NCBI GenBank assembly: GCA_030704615.1
Contig: CM060732.1
Location: 4,154,001-4,218,000 of the forward strand
Reading direction: 5' to 3'
Source: Takakia lepidozioides
Taxonomy: Eukaryota; Plantae; Bryophyta
DNA length: 64,000 bases
The stretch's first letter is position 1; every line of letters starts with the position of its first letter. Below are positions 52,349-64,000 of the stretch, piece by piece. The notes under the pieces are model-generated. The model did no database searches, was not told where the DNA came from, and saw only the letters and a list, made by a program, of their open reading frames with translations. The translations under genes were made by a program, and so were the position numbers.

Positions 52349-54212
52349 TGTCAAGTTATTTTACCACTAGTGTGAAACTAGCTAGGAAATAGCTAGCTTT
52401 TACATATTGACATTTGGGATTGGCCCAAGTGTCATCCAGGGGTCAAAGCAGATTTAGGCCCTGGAGTGGTTATCTTCACGGCAAGCGAGGGAGCTCATCT
52501 TTCTCGAGTTGAGCCTCACCGCGCCTAGCTATGGCGCCGTAGTGTGGATTCCCCATGGCGTGGGGTGCACTTGGCTTGACTTGTATTTGAGTGATGAGGT
52601 TATATATGCATGAGTTTATGCTTCAGCTTTGTGAGCTCGCATGAGCTCGTGCTTGTATTCTTCTTCTTTATCACTCGAGAAAGATGAGCTCGTATCTATG
52701 AGTGCTAGATACGAGTTAGTTGTAGCACTTGTGGTTTTTGCTTGAGATTGAGAGAAACCAAGTTGTTATGCAAGGAGCACCGTGGAGCTCTTAGTTGTTA
52801 GAAGCGGAGGCGATGTGGGTTACGAGGTGGTAGACCTTGGCATTCGATCTTCAGCTTCAGAGATGAAAGCACCATGCTGCAGGTAATTCCAGAGCACCTT
52901 GATGGTTCCAGATTGTTGTACATGCATGAGCAAGCACGATTGGGAAGAGGACCAGTCAAGAGCAGGTTATAGTGGCTTTGGTGGCAAAGCTGAGAACTGG
53001 ACTTGGGAATGCGAGCTTTCATTGTGTGAAGGATTGCAAGACCAAGCGAAAGGGCTGATTTTGCTTGGGGCAAATCAGTGCACTTTGTGGAGTATGGTGA
53101 GATTGGGTTTCAATCTCGAGCTTCAGCATTGAGAGGGCTCTTGTCATGGCAAGAGCAGGGCTGGATCAGGAGCTAAGAGGTGCGGCAAGGCCATGGAATG
53201 TGCACCTAGGGTTTCAGAGCTTGGAAGAAGAGTTCTTGCACCACAAGAGAAGTGTCTTGTGGCTGGAATGTAAGCCTTAGGGTTTCAGGAGCTTGGCAAA
53301 GGCTATGGAGTGCTTAGTCTTGTCATAGAGAGCATCAAGGAGCCAAGGAGCCAAGATAGGGGGCTGATATCTCTTGTGTGAAGAGGTTGCATGTGTGGAG
53401 CATGTATTCAGCTCATTGAAGCTTTCATCTTCAAGCTTGGAGGGCAAGCAAGGAAGAGGGAAGGGCTGACTTCCCTTATGTGAGGGCAATGTATGTGTGG
53501 AGCATGCTATCAGCCTGGTGAAGGCTTGCACTTTTAGGTGTGGGAGTGCAAGAAAGGAAGGAAGGGGCTGGTTTCCCTGTAGGGCATGTAGAGCATGCTT
53601 TCAGCCTGCTGAAGCTTGTATTATCAGGTTTGTGGGTGCAAGAAAATGAAGCAAAGGAGCTGATTCTCTTATGGTGAGAGTGGGGCATGTGTGGAGCATG
53701 CCTTCAGCCCATTGAGGCTCTTGTTTTCAAGCCTTAGAGAGCTAGAACGGAAGGTCTAGGGCTGGTTTCCACTTGGAGGTGATGAAGAACAGCACTTGTA
53801 GGGCCTATGTGAGTTGGGGTTTCAACTTCAAGCTTGAAGGGAGCGCAACTCTTGAAGCAACAGGTGTAGAGGGCTGGAATAGGCTCTAAGACAGATGCTA
53901 TGGCCAATGAGGGGAGTGCTTGAATGAGTGCTCACAAGGGCTGGGAACCAGCATGGCTTGGTTGTTTGCCATTGAGTTTAGTGGCGTGTTTGGGGAGGCT
54001 AAGTGAGAAAGAAGGCTTGGTTTGTGGCAACCACCTCATGGCTTAGGGCTACTATGGTGGTGTGTGGGAGCCGAAAGAGCAAGGATACCTTGCTGATTTC
54101 CTCACAGCCACCATAGCTTGGTGGAAAGAAGCCTAGAGTCTAAGAGACACAAACCCTAGCTTGGCGTGGCTAAACCCCTTGGAGAAATGGCTAAACTGCC
54201 AGAGCGGCCATG

Positions 54213-55410
54213 TGTGGGGCTGTGACAGGCTGTGGCAAGCTGTGACAGGCTATGCCCAGTGGCCTGTGGGGCTGTGACAGGCTGTGGCAAGCTGTGACAG
54301 GCTGTGATGGGCTGTGATGGGCTGTGACAGGCTGTGCCCTGTGCCCTGTGGGGCTGTGACGGGCTGTGTCAGGCTGTGACAGGCTGTGCCCAGTGGCCTT
54401 TGGGGCTGTGACGGGCTGTGACAGGCCGTGCCTGAGGCCTTTGGGGCTGTGACGGTGTGAGGGGCTGTGACAGGCTGTGCCCTGTGCCCTGTGGGGCTGT
54501 GACGGGCTGTGTCAGGCTTGTGGCGAGCTGTGACGGGCTGTGACGGGCTGTGACAGGCTGTGCCCTGTGCCCTGTGGGGCTGTGGCAAAGCTGTGACGGC
54601 TGTGATGGGCTGTGATGGGCTGTGACAGGCTGTGCCCTATGACCTGTGTGCTGTGACGGGCTGTGTCAGGCTGTGACAGGCTGTGCCCAGTGGCCTTTGG
54701 GGCTGTGACGGGCTGTGCGGGGCTGTGACAGGCTGTGCCCTGAGGCCTATGGGGCTGTGACGGGCTGTGACAGGCTGTGGCGAGCTGTGACAGGCTGTGC
54801 CCATGGCCTTTGGGGCTGTGAGGGGCTGTGAGGGGCTGTGACAGGCCGTGCCTGAGGCCTTTGAGGCTGTGACGGGCTGTGAGGGGCTGTGACAGGCCGT
54901 GCCCATGGCCTTTGGGGCTGTGACGGGCTGTGAGGGTGCTGTGACAGGCCGTGCCTGAGGCCTTTGAGGCTGTGAGGGGCTGTGAGGGGCTGTGACAGGG
55001 TGCCCTAGGCCTTTGAGGCTGTGACGGGCTGTGATGGGCTGTGGCAAGCTGTGACAGGCTGTGATGGGCTGTGATGGGCTGTGACAGGCTGTGCCCTGTG
55101 CCCTGTGAGGCTGTGACGGCTGTGACGGGCTGTGACAGGCCGTGCCCATGGCCTTTGGGGCTGTGACGGGCTGTGACAGGCCGTGCCTGAGCCTTTGGGG
55201 CTGTGACGGGCTGTGAGGGGCTGTGACAGGCCGTGCCCATGGCCTTTGGGTGCTGTGACGGGCTGTGAGGGGCTGTGACAGGCGTGCTGAGGCTTTGAGG
55301 CTGTGAGGGGCTGTGAGGGGCTGTGACAGGCCGTGCCTGAGGCCTTGAGGCTGTGACAGGCTGTGAGGGCTGCGACAGCTGTGCCCAGTGGCTGTGGCCT
55401 GTGGACTGTG
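54213..55410. repeat. 10-bp minisatellite (GGGCTGTGAC-type) with higher-order blocks in the Gypsy 5' leader
   Basis: About 1.2 kb of ggctgtga(c/t/g)(a/g) units punctuated by ggcctttgggg and gtgccct. Confidence 0.95.
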
Positions 55411-56154
55411 ACGGCCTGACCAGTGAGCTGTGTGGGCCTGTGCTGGTCTGTGGTGGCCCGTGTTGACCTGTGGACGGCCTGTGCTGACTCGTGGAGGCAC
55501 TGGTGGACTGCCTAAGGACTGGCATGTGGTCTGGAAGGCCGAATTTTGAAGCTCGTGGAGGGCGGTTTGAGGAGTATCTTCATGATATCCCATGGTCATG
55601 CAAGTGAGGATAGAGAGGAGAGGCAGAGTGTTGGGATGAGAGCATGCTGGGGTTAGGCATTGCTTTAGCTTCTCTTCCTCGTAGTTTCCACCCTCTCATT
55701 AGGCCAAGACCTTTCCGTAGGTGGAGGCAAGAGTCAGTCCGGGTTTGGGCTGGGGTGTCCTTGCAGGAGCAACACCGTGGAGTTGTTTTTGGTGTGGGGG
55801 AGTTGTCGTTGATTTCTTGTGTTTGGATCCCCTCCATACCTGCATGCTTGACTGTGCGCCATGCTAGTTTTGTGTGGGCGCTTGTTTTTATAGGTGATTG
55901 GTCCGGATTTGATCACCGGCCAGTCCTAGAGCATGCTGTCGATGGTGAGGCTGGGGTGATGACCAGCCAGACCATCATTGTTTCTCCTGTGGTGAGGTTG
56001 GAGGTGATGACCAGCCAACCATAGGAGTGCTTGCGGTGGATGCAGGTACAGGTGTAGGCTATGTTAGGAACTTAGTATTCCAAACCATAAGCCGCAACAG
56101 GTTCTCTACCCGGTTACCTTGTGGAGAGGGGGTTAGGGACATGTTCATGACCGG

Positions 56155-57722
56155 TTGAGTGTCAACACGGAGGTGCCACTAGTTGCTGGGGACAGTGCCG
56201 GTTCGAGCACTAGCGATACTAGTGGGTACACGAGACGAGGTGTGCGGTTTAGGCCACCTTCACCTCCTGTGTCTTCCACGGAAGGTTCTGATTCGGATTG
56301 TGAATCAGGAGGGCTCATACCGGCGGTGCAAGTTGTTTCTTTGCCATTGTTGTGGGACACAATGGAGGAGATGTATGGAGCTACCAAGGGGCCACGAAGG
56401 TACTCTGGGGCGGTGGGCACCATTGAGTTGGATGATTTTATCCAAGAGTTTGATAGTTGGTGTGATTTGCAGCAAATGCGCAATCCACAACTATTTACGC
56501 CGTTCATGGCATGGAAAGGGCTGTTTCAGCACCTTGAGGGGCCGCCTATGGATGATTACCATGAGTTCAGGCGGGGGCATGAGGTTGAGATCGAGGAGTG
56601 GAGGATGTACTGGTCACCCGACTATGTCTCCATCACTAGGGGCACTAGAGCCACGAGGGCAGTGGCTACACCTGCCGCTGCACTGGCAGCTTCAGCAAGC
56701 AGCAGTGGGACTGGTGGTACAGTAGCTACGATGTCCACCCAAGCCACTACCGCACCAGCACTAGCACCCGTGCCTGCCTTCAACCCTGTTGTGGAGTTCT
56801 TCGAAGAGTTGAGAGGGAACTACCAAGGGGTGAGGACAGAGAAGTTGCGGAGCTTGCAAGAGTTCCAACGGAAGCCGACCGAGAGCTTGAGGGAGGCTTT
56901 CACTCGCATGAGGCGCTTGATAAATGTAACCCAAGGGGTTACGGAAGCTCAGGCAGTCCAATTCTGGTATGGGATATTGGACAAGGAGCTGAGGAGAAGG
57001 GTGCGGGATGCAACTCTCCTACAAGCGGCCCAACCCACCTTAGCAAATGTGTTTTTGCTGGCAGAGCGGATAGAGCTCAACATGGTGGAGGAACGAGTGG
57101 TCATGGTGGGATTTGCTAAGGAGACACCACGGGGTAGTGGTGCTCCTAGCCAACCACTACCTCAACGTGCTCAAGGCAACAAGGGGGCTCAGGTGAAGCT
57201 CAGGGAAGGGCAGAGAGGACCTCAGATGCAGGGGTCTCTCCCTTCATTTGCTGGCCAACAACGGGCGGATGTGGTGTGCTGGACATGTGGAGGACCCCAT
57301 GTCAAGAAGGATTGTCCAGAGGGAGGCAAAGGGCCGGCACATGCACAGCCTGCACAGTACAGTGTGGGCATTGTGGCAAACACGGGCATGGAGAGGCTCA
57401 GTGTTATGGTTTGCATCCTGAGTTGCGCCCAGGCCAGTTCCAAGGGAACAATGGTGGCCGGGGGCGAGGTGGAGCAGCCCAGAGGGGACGAGGTGGCCAG
57501 CCACGAGGTGCAGGCCAAGGGCAAGCTCAACGTGGCCAAGGACGCGGAGGTCAGGGTGTTGACCAAGGCATGGCCAACCGGCTTCAGCAGCTAGAGCAGA
57601 GGCTCGCTGCCATGGCTACAGCTCAGGTGGTACCGGCTCTAAGGCCGGATGGTCCACCTCCTGCTCCTGAGGGAGGAGATATGGGAGCATGGGATTCATG
57701 TGTGGAGCAGCACTACCACTAG
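56155..57722 (+). CDS. Gag with two zinc knuckles (frameshifted)
   Basis: Q..TESLRE..TRM gag core; CWTCGGPHVKKDC and CGHCGKHGHGEAQC; RGG-rich tail. Confidence 0.8.
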
Positions 57723-58339
57723 TGCAGGTGGAGTCTGCTGCAGCCGTGACTCGAGGAGCAGCACGAGTTCCTGAGCCACGAGGTGCAGAGGTGGAGTTGG
57801 ATCCACAGCGTGGGGAGGCAAGCCGTCAGGCTAGGCTTCCTCAGTCATTCACATTGGCGGAGACAGTGTCGACGCCATCCATGGCACCTAGTTCTCGCCC
57901 GACTGTTACCGAGGCGGAGGTTACTATGCCATTGGGGAGAGCTACACGGGTAGCACCACTACCTAGTGTTGCCAAGGCTACGGCAGCTAGTGTGCTGCTA
58001 GGAGCGGCCACATCTGTGTGCCAGGCTCCATTGTTCTCGGCTACCATGATTGCGACGCCGGGGGTAAGACCAGCTGAGGTGTTCAGGCTGGCAGCTACAC
58101 TCTGTGAGAGTGGGGAGGTTACTTCATCTTCTGCGGAGATAGTGGGAGGTGTAGTGCCGGAGGGATCCTCGGATTTGAGGGTCAAGACTGCCACGGCGGC
58201 GCCATGGCAAGCTGCAGCTGCCAGGTTGATGGAGCTGCCAGCTAGGCCAGCCATTGAGCGCGCCATGGTGACACCTGGAGTTGTCATGTTAGACAACCAG
58301 GATGGCATTTTCTGTTTGAGTGGACCGGCAGGCAAGAGG

Positions 58340-58720
58340 GTACCGGCCACTGCGAGTCTTGTTGGACTCGGGAGCTCAGCCACTGATGCTGGGCAGAGCT
58401 GCTATTGCAGGCTTGGGCCTCACGGAGGCGGATATGGAGCCTTGTCCTTTCCAGATACAGACGTCTCTGGGAGGATCGGAGCAGGCTCGGGGCATGACAC
58501 GGCATGAGTTGGCTATCAGACTACGGCCGGATCACCCTACAGATGGCTCAGTGATGCGAGCCAAGGCCATTGTGACAGACGCAGTCTCATACGATGTCCT
58601 GGTTGGTGGGGCAGTGTTGTACCCCATGGGCTTCACCCTGGATTTTTGGGAGGAGTCAGCTTCCTATAGGCCTGCATGGCAGTCAGGGGAGGGCCGGCGT
58701 GTGCAGCTCCCTGTGACGTT
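58340..58720 (+). CDS. Retrotransposon aspartic protease
   Basis: VLLDSGA ... YDVLVG. Confidence 0.85.
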
Positions 58721-59078
58721 CATAGGAGGAGTTGCGGTTGCCCAGCGAGGCAAGATGCCGACACTAGCAGCATTCACAGCGGCAGTGAGTTGGCCTAGAG
58801 AGTTGCTTGAGGGCAATGCTCATTCAGAGGATGTACCACCTCCGGGAGAGCAGGATGACATGTATGGTATGGCGGAGTTGCCTACCATGGTTGCTCAGAC
58901 TCCATTGTGGGGCACGAGCAAGGATTTGCAGCGGGATGCTGATCGACGGGTGCAACAAGCCTGGGTGGAGGCTTTTGTACCGTCAGGAGAGGAGGAGAGT
59001 GTGGAGATTGCACCAGGACCACCTCAATTGTCTCCATTGGACACCACACCTATTGTGTGGCAGTCTCCGGATGAAGGC

Positions 59079-60030
59079 ATTTGTCTTCTGGACTTGTTTG
59101 GCGGGATCAGCACCGGATTGGCTGCTGTGTTACAGGCAGGTGTACGAGTTCGGCGTTACCTGTATGTGGAGAGGGATGAGACTGCACGACGCGTTTCACT
59201 TCGCCATGTTGCTCAGTTGGTGCAGCGGTACCCTGAGTTGTTGTCGGTGTCTGCAATTCGTGGATATCAGCAGGCCTTGCCAGCAGACATTTCGTTGCTG
59301 GGGGCGCAGGATTTGGAGCGGGTTGGCTCCATTGATCTGGTAGTGGCAGGTTGGCCCTGCCAAGGGCATTCATCAGCCGGGCATGGCAATGGATTGCGAG
59401 ACTCGAGGTCGGGTCTGTTTTGGAGATGGTGCGGGTTTTGCGCCACTTGCAGCTTCATCAAGCTGTATCTCCAGCATACATCTTGGAGAATGTGCCACTG
59501 ATGGGCAATTCTCGGGCCAGGGTGATGGCCAGTGTGCATCAAGTCCGGTCGTGGCTTGGGTCAGCAGTGTTGCTGATGCAGCTACAGTGGGGTCACGGGC
59601 TCATCGTCCACGGCTATGGTGGACTAACATGATGCCACCCGCACTGCTCAAGCGTGCATTTGATGGGGTGCAGCGGCCAGCACATCTCACAGTGGATAAC
59701 ATTCTGGACACAGGGAGGCAGTCTCAACGTGTGAGACACGATGACCGTTCGCCTTTGGCAGTGGTCAACAAGGTGGGTCAACCACGAGCAGCATTACCTA
59801 CACTGCTCAGCTTCCCAGGATCGCATGCTTTCCGGGATAGTGGACCTGGCCTCCTGTGGGATGCTCAGTTGCAGCAGTTAGTGGAGCCTAATGCTGACGA
59901 GCGTGAGCGGGCAATGGGTTTTACCACTGGTACCACGGCGGTGTCGTCTCTTTCTGAGGCATCACGTCGTCAAGTGTTGGGGCAAGCAATGGATCTCAAT
60001 TGCTTGACCTGGATTATCAGCTTGGCTCTA
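59079..60030 (+). CDS. C5 cytosine DNA methyltransferase domain inside pol (two 1-bp frameshifts)
   Basis: Motif I LDLFGGI, II VERD, III DI, IV DLVVAGWPCQGHS.AG..GL.D.RSGLF, VI YILENV, VIII HRPRLWWTN, IX ERERAMGF, X RRQVLGQAMD. Confidence 0.93.
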
Positions 60031-60483
60031 GCTGAGCAACGCAGAGTGCGGAATACACTTCCCTCAATGGTCTCTCTGCCTACCGAGACGGTACAGGCAG
60101 TGAGTGGGGGCGAGCATATGAGGACCACGGGGTGCATGCATCCATGGCACACGTGGGAGGTGCTCGAGGTTCAGAGGGAGTTGGCAGCCAAGGCGGCTGT
60201 GATGGATGAGGTTGGGGATTCTTCTCGAGTTGAGGAGGTCCTCAAGGATGAGATGATGGGGCAGGATGATGCCTTGTCATTGACTGAGCAGGTAGGGAGT
60301 ACTGCTCAAGAGGTTGCAGCATAGCAACCACGGGACGCGTCCTCTACCTCTAAGCCCACTGGACTTAAGGTTGTAGTTACGGAGGACAATTGGGAGCCTG
60401 ACATTGGACCCATTGTCACCGGAGGAGAGAGACGACGTATACGGCGGTTCCTGAGGGCTTACAGGAATTGCTTTGCCTTCAGT

Positions 60484-63424
60484 TTGAAGGACTTGGGAGC
60501 ACTGAAGGGTCAAGAGATCCGTATTGAGTTGGCCACTGACACGCCAATCTTTCGGAGACCCTATAGATACAGTGACATGGAGAGGTCTTTGATTCAGATG
60601 AGGACTCAAGATCTCTGGGAGGCAGGTTTGGTGGAGCTCTCTGGTGGAGAGTATGCTTCAGCCACAGTGATGCCAGCCAAGAAGGATGTCTATGGCAATT
60701 GGACGGAGAGACGTATGTGCGGTGATTACCGGCCTGTAAATCGTCAGACCAAGTCCGATAAGTATGCCATGCCAACACCAGAGGAGATCTTTGATGCCAT
60801 CGGGCATGCTAAGGCCTTTAGCACTTTGGATTTACGATCCGGATATCACCAGTTGCCAATCAAGGAGGCGGACAAGCAGAAGACGGCATTCTGGGGGATC
60901 AATGAGCACGGCAAGGATTGCCTATATCAGTGGCGGTTCTTACCATTTGGGCTTAAGAATGCTCCTGCAGAGTTTCAGAGAGTCATGGATAGGATTCTAG
61001 CAGGGGTGGACTTTGCTCGGTGCTACATAGATGACATCATCATCTTTAGTGTTACGATGGAGGAGCATGAGAGACACCTTCAGGTGGTATTGGAGCGCTT
61101 GAGAGCGCACGGATTGAAGTTGCATCCGGGGAAGTGCAAGTTTTTCCACAACCAGATTGAGTATCTGGGTCACATGATATATCCTGGAGGATTGGGGGTA
61201 CAGCAGACTAAGGTAGAGGCCATTGCACAAATTCCACGCCCCACGGATGTGAGCCGAGTTCGAGCGTTTCATGGGGTTGGCAAACTATTATAGACGGTTT
61301 GTCAAGGGATTTAGTACCATTGCAAAGGCTCTAACCAAGCTGACCAAGGTGGACCAGGAGTGGCAGTGGGAAGATGAGCAGGAACGAGCTTTTCAAGAGC
61401 TCAAGGCGAGGTTGACCTCGGCGCCTATCTTGAGACGACCTATCAGGGGGCGTCCCTTTCAGCTGCATACGGATTGGAGCATGCTGGGGCTTGGAGCGGT
61501 GCTCACACAGGTGGATGATGAGGGAAGAGAGTTCGTAGTGGCTTACGCTAGCCGCTCGAACAACGCTGCAGAGGCTAAGTACAGCTCATATGAGGGAGAG
61601 TGCTTAGCTGCAGTGTGGGCCGTGGCACACTTCAGGTGCTATCTATACGGCAATCTTTTCACCCTTGTCACGGATCACCAGCCACTCAAGTGGTTGATGG
61701 AGTCAGACAAGCTTACAGGGGAAGCTTGCACGGTGGGCACTTATACTCCAGGAGTATGACTTTCAGGTTGTGCATCGACCGGGTTTGGTCAATCGGGATG
61801 CGGATGGATTGAGTCGCAATCCATGCATGAGCCAGCAGGATGACACTGGAGCTCGGTGGCATGGTGAGACGGACGAGGAGATGGTGCCGGGATGGCACGC
61901 ATCTGCATTTTTGTGTATCTTGGCATCGGGAGGTCAGATTGGACCTACAACAGGGATGACTGTAGACGGAGTGTCTGAGGACCCTGAGGCTAGTGATGAG
62001 CTATGTGGTGCCAGAGATATACATGAGGATTTGGCTGTGTTGGACTACCTCCGCACGGGAGACACGGCAGCCATTGTGACTGCCAGGGAGAGGGATCGGA
62101 TCCTGCAACGAGCCAAGAGGTTCAAGTGGGAGGGGATACACCTACTTCGAGTGTGGGAGGATGGTCGGGTGAGGATTGTGCCTCACCCCACACAGCGTGC
62201 ACGGTTAGTGCGGCATGCCCATGAGGAGTTGGGGCATTTTGGAGTGCGACGCACTCACAGTTTACTGCAGGGGCAGTATTGGTGGCGTGGTATGCATACA
62301 GAGGTGCAACAGTTTGTGGCTAGGTGCATGGTGTGTGACAGGGTGCGTGCTTCATTCAACGCCCCTACACCACAGTTGCATCCTTTACCTATCATGGGAT
62401 TGGGCTACAGGTGGAGTCTTGACTTCGCAGGACCGTTGCCACTGACTATGCGCCACCACAGATATGTGTTGGTGATGGTGGAGCACTTCTCCAAGTGGAT
62501 TGAGTTGGTTCCATTGCCTGACAAGGCTAGTGAGGGGGCTGCGTATGCAGGATCGTGTGCTTAGCCGATTTGGTGCTCCAGCTGGGGGAGTTTCAGGCTT
62601 TGTGTGATAAAGCCTTGATAGACCACCGCACCACTTCTCGGGATCATCCTGAGGCCGATGGCTTAGCAGAGAGAGTTGTTCAGACGGTGAAGAGGGGTTT
62701 GCGCAAGTATGGCTTGCAGAAGGGACACCTAGGAGATTGGGATCTTCAGGTTCCTTGGTTAGCCATGGGCTACAGGTTCAGCAAACAAGCATCACTTGCC
62801 TCCTTCTCACCATATTTCCTTCTCTTTGGCCGAGAGCCGGATTTGCCTGCAGCCATTCGTAGGGACACTGCTCAAGTCCTTAACCTTGACGATCCGGACG
62901 TGTGGGTACGTGCATGTGATCAGCGTGCAGAGTTGTTCAAGAAAGTCATGCCCATGGCTTTTGAGAACCTTGCCATTGCACAGCACCGTGATACGTTGAG
63001 GTATGCCACTATACGTGGTGGAGGATATCGTCCTGGGGTTCGGAGGTTTAGCCCTGGTGACTATGTTTATTTGCAGCAGACTGCTCCTACGACTCTGGAT
63101 GTTACTGCAGGGCGTGTTATTCTGAGGGTTCGAGAGGTGTTGCCCTCAGGGGTCCTGATCTTGGAGGGTCGGGATGGCATGACTTGGAAGGACCATGTGC
63201 GTAATTGTGCGCCATGTCACCTTCCCAATGTCGATGGCAGAGTTGACCCAAACTTGGCAGTGGTACCTGCAGGTTTGAGGTGCATGCTCTGTGGGTCTGC
63301 CAAAGGGGCAGCCACCATGCTGGTGTGTGATCGATGCTCAAGGGGTTGGCATATGGGATGCTTGACACCACCTCTTGAGAAGGTTCCTGACGGAGATTGG
63401 TTGTGTCCACACTGCTTGGGATAG
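60484..63424 (+). CDS. RT-RNase H-integrase-PHD (several 1-bp frameshifts)
   Basis: YIDD, HTDWS, HHCC, WSLDFAGP, GLAER; PHD CMLC...CDRC..GWH..CL.PPL...PDGDWLCPHC. Confidence 0.93.
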
Positions 63425-64000
63425 TGGCAGTGGACATGACTGGAGGCAGCTAACAAGACATGGGAGGCCAAGCTCATAGGAGTCAATACATGAGATCCCA
63501 AGCTCAAGTTCACAGGTTGCAAGACGGCGACTAACGATGGGGCAACTCTTGCACCCGGCCTCTTGATCTATCGAGTTTGAGTGTAGTAGGGATAGTGGTG
63601 GAGGACTTAGTGAGGCTATGGTCACTATCACATCTTGTGGCTACCTGGACTTAGAGGGACCTAAGCACCAGCTAGGGGGGCGATTGTGTGGACTAGTGAC
63701 TGCCATAGTGGGCAGCGTAGTGGCAGCCTAGTGACTGACTAGTTGTAGCCTAGTGGTTGGACTAGTGGCTGGACTAGTGGTAGACTAGTGGTATACTAGT
63801 GTGTGGTGTGCACATGTGTTGTGTGGTTTTGGACAGCGATGTAGTTGTGTAGCGATATGTATGCGCACGACAGCTGTCAAGTTATTTTACCACTAGTGTG
63901 AAACTAGCTAGGAAATAGCTAGCTTTTACATATTGACATTTGGGATTGGCCCAAGTGTCAATCCAGGGGTCAAGGCAGATTTAGGCCCTGGAGTGGTTAT

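Larger units (their letters stand above)
52349..64000 (+). mobile_element. Near full-length Ty3/Gypsy element: gag-PR-C5 DNMT-RT-RH-INT-PHD; runs off the window end
   Basis: TGTCAAG start at 52349 is repeated at 63875 (2 differences in ~126 bp); domain motifs in Gypsy order; PPT at ~63670-63680. Confidence 0.95.

Noticed and set aside
54250-55599. Long minus-strand ORFs (PVTAPHS/ACHSPSQ repeats)
   Set aside because: Translation by-product of the stop-free 10-bp minisatellite.
59079-60030. Host DNMT gene or bacterial contaminant
   Set aside because: Intronless, in frame with the retrotransposon protease and enclosed by the element's terminal repeats.
57300-62600. Programmed ribosomal frameshifts in gag-pol
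   Set aside because: Many scattered 1-bp indels inside conserved domains; decay or long-read error is more likely.

Overview
Eukaryotic land-plant genomic DNA; a non-seed plant is suspected from the transposon repertoire (inference). One intact host gene is present: a 19-exon LRR receptor-like kinase of the LRR-VIII-1 type on the minus strand (4056-13502). The remaining ~50 kb is nested transposons. (i) Several partial copies of a Mutator-like (MULE) family with a GCM-like/DDE/SWIM transposase and a divergent, intron-containing accessory gene encoding a ParB/Srx-type domain fused to a beta-class amino (N4C/N6A) DNA-methyltransferase-like domain. The two genes are separated by an array of a 26-bp palindrome with strict 53-bp (or 64-bp) spacing and variable spacers. 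(ii) Two related Ty3/Gypsy elements with a C-terminal PHD finger. The more complete one carries a C5 cytosine DNA methyltransferase between protease and RT. Together they suggest split direct repeats (A...B-GC-A-B) rather than ordinary LTRs. (iii) An L1/Tx1-type LINE, RandI/Dualen-like LINE fragments (RNase H, RLE, chromodomain-like and PCIF1/DAM-like motifs), a CACTA end and MITEs. All domain calls come from motif reading by eye; no database search was run.
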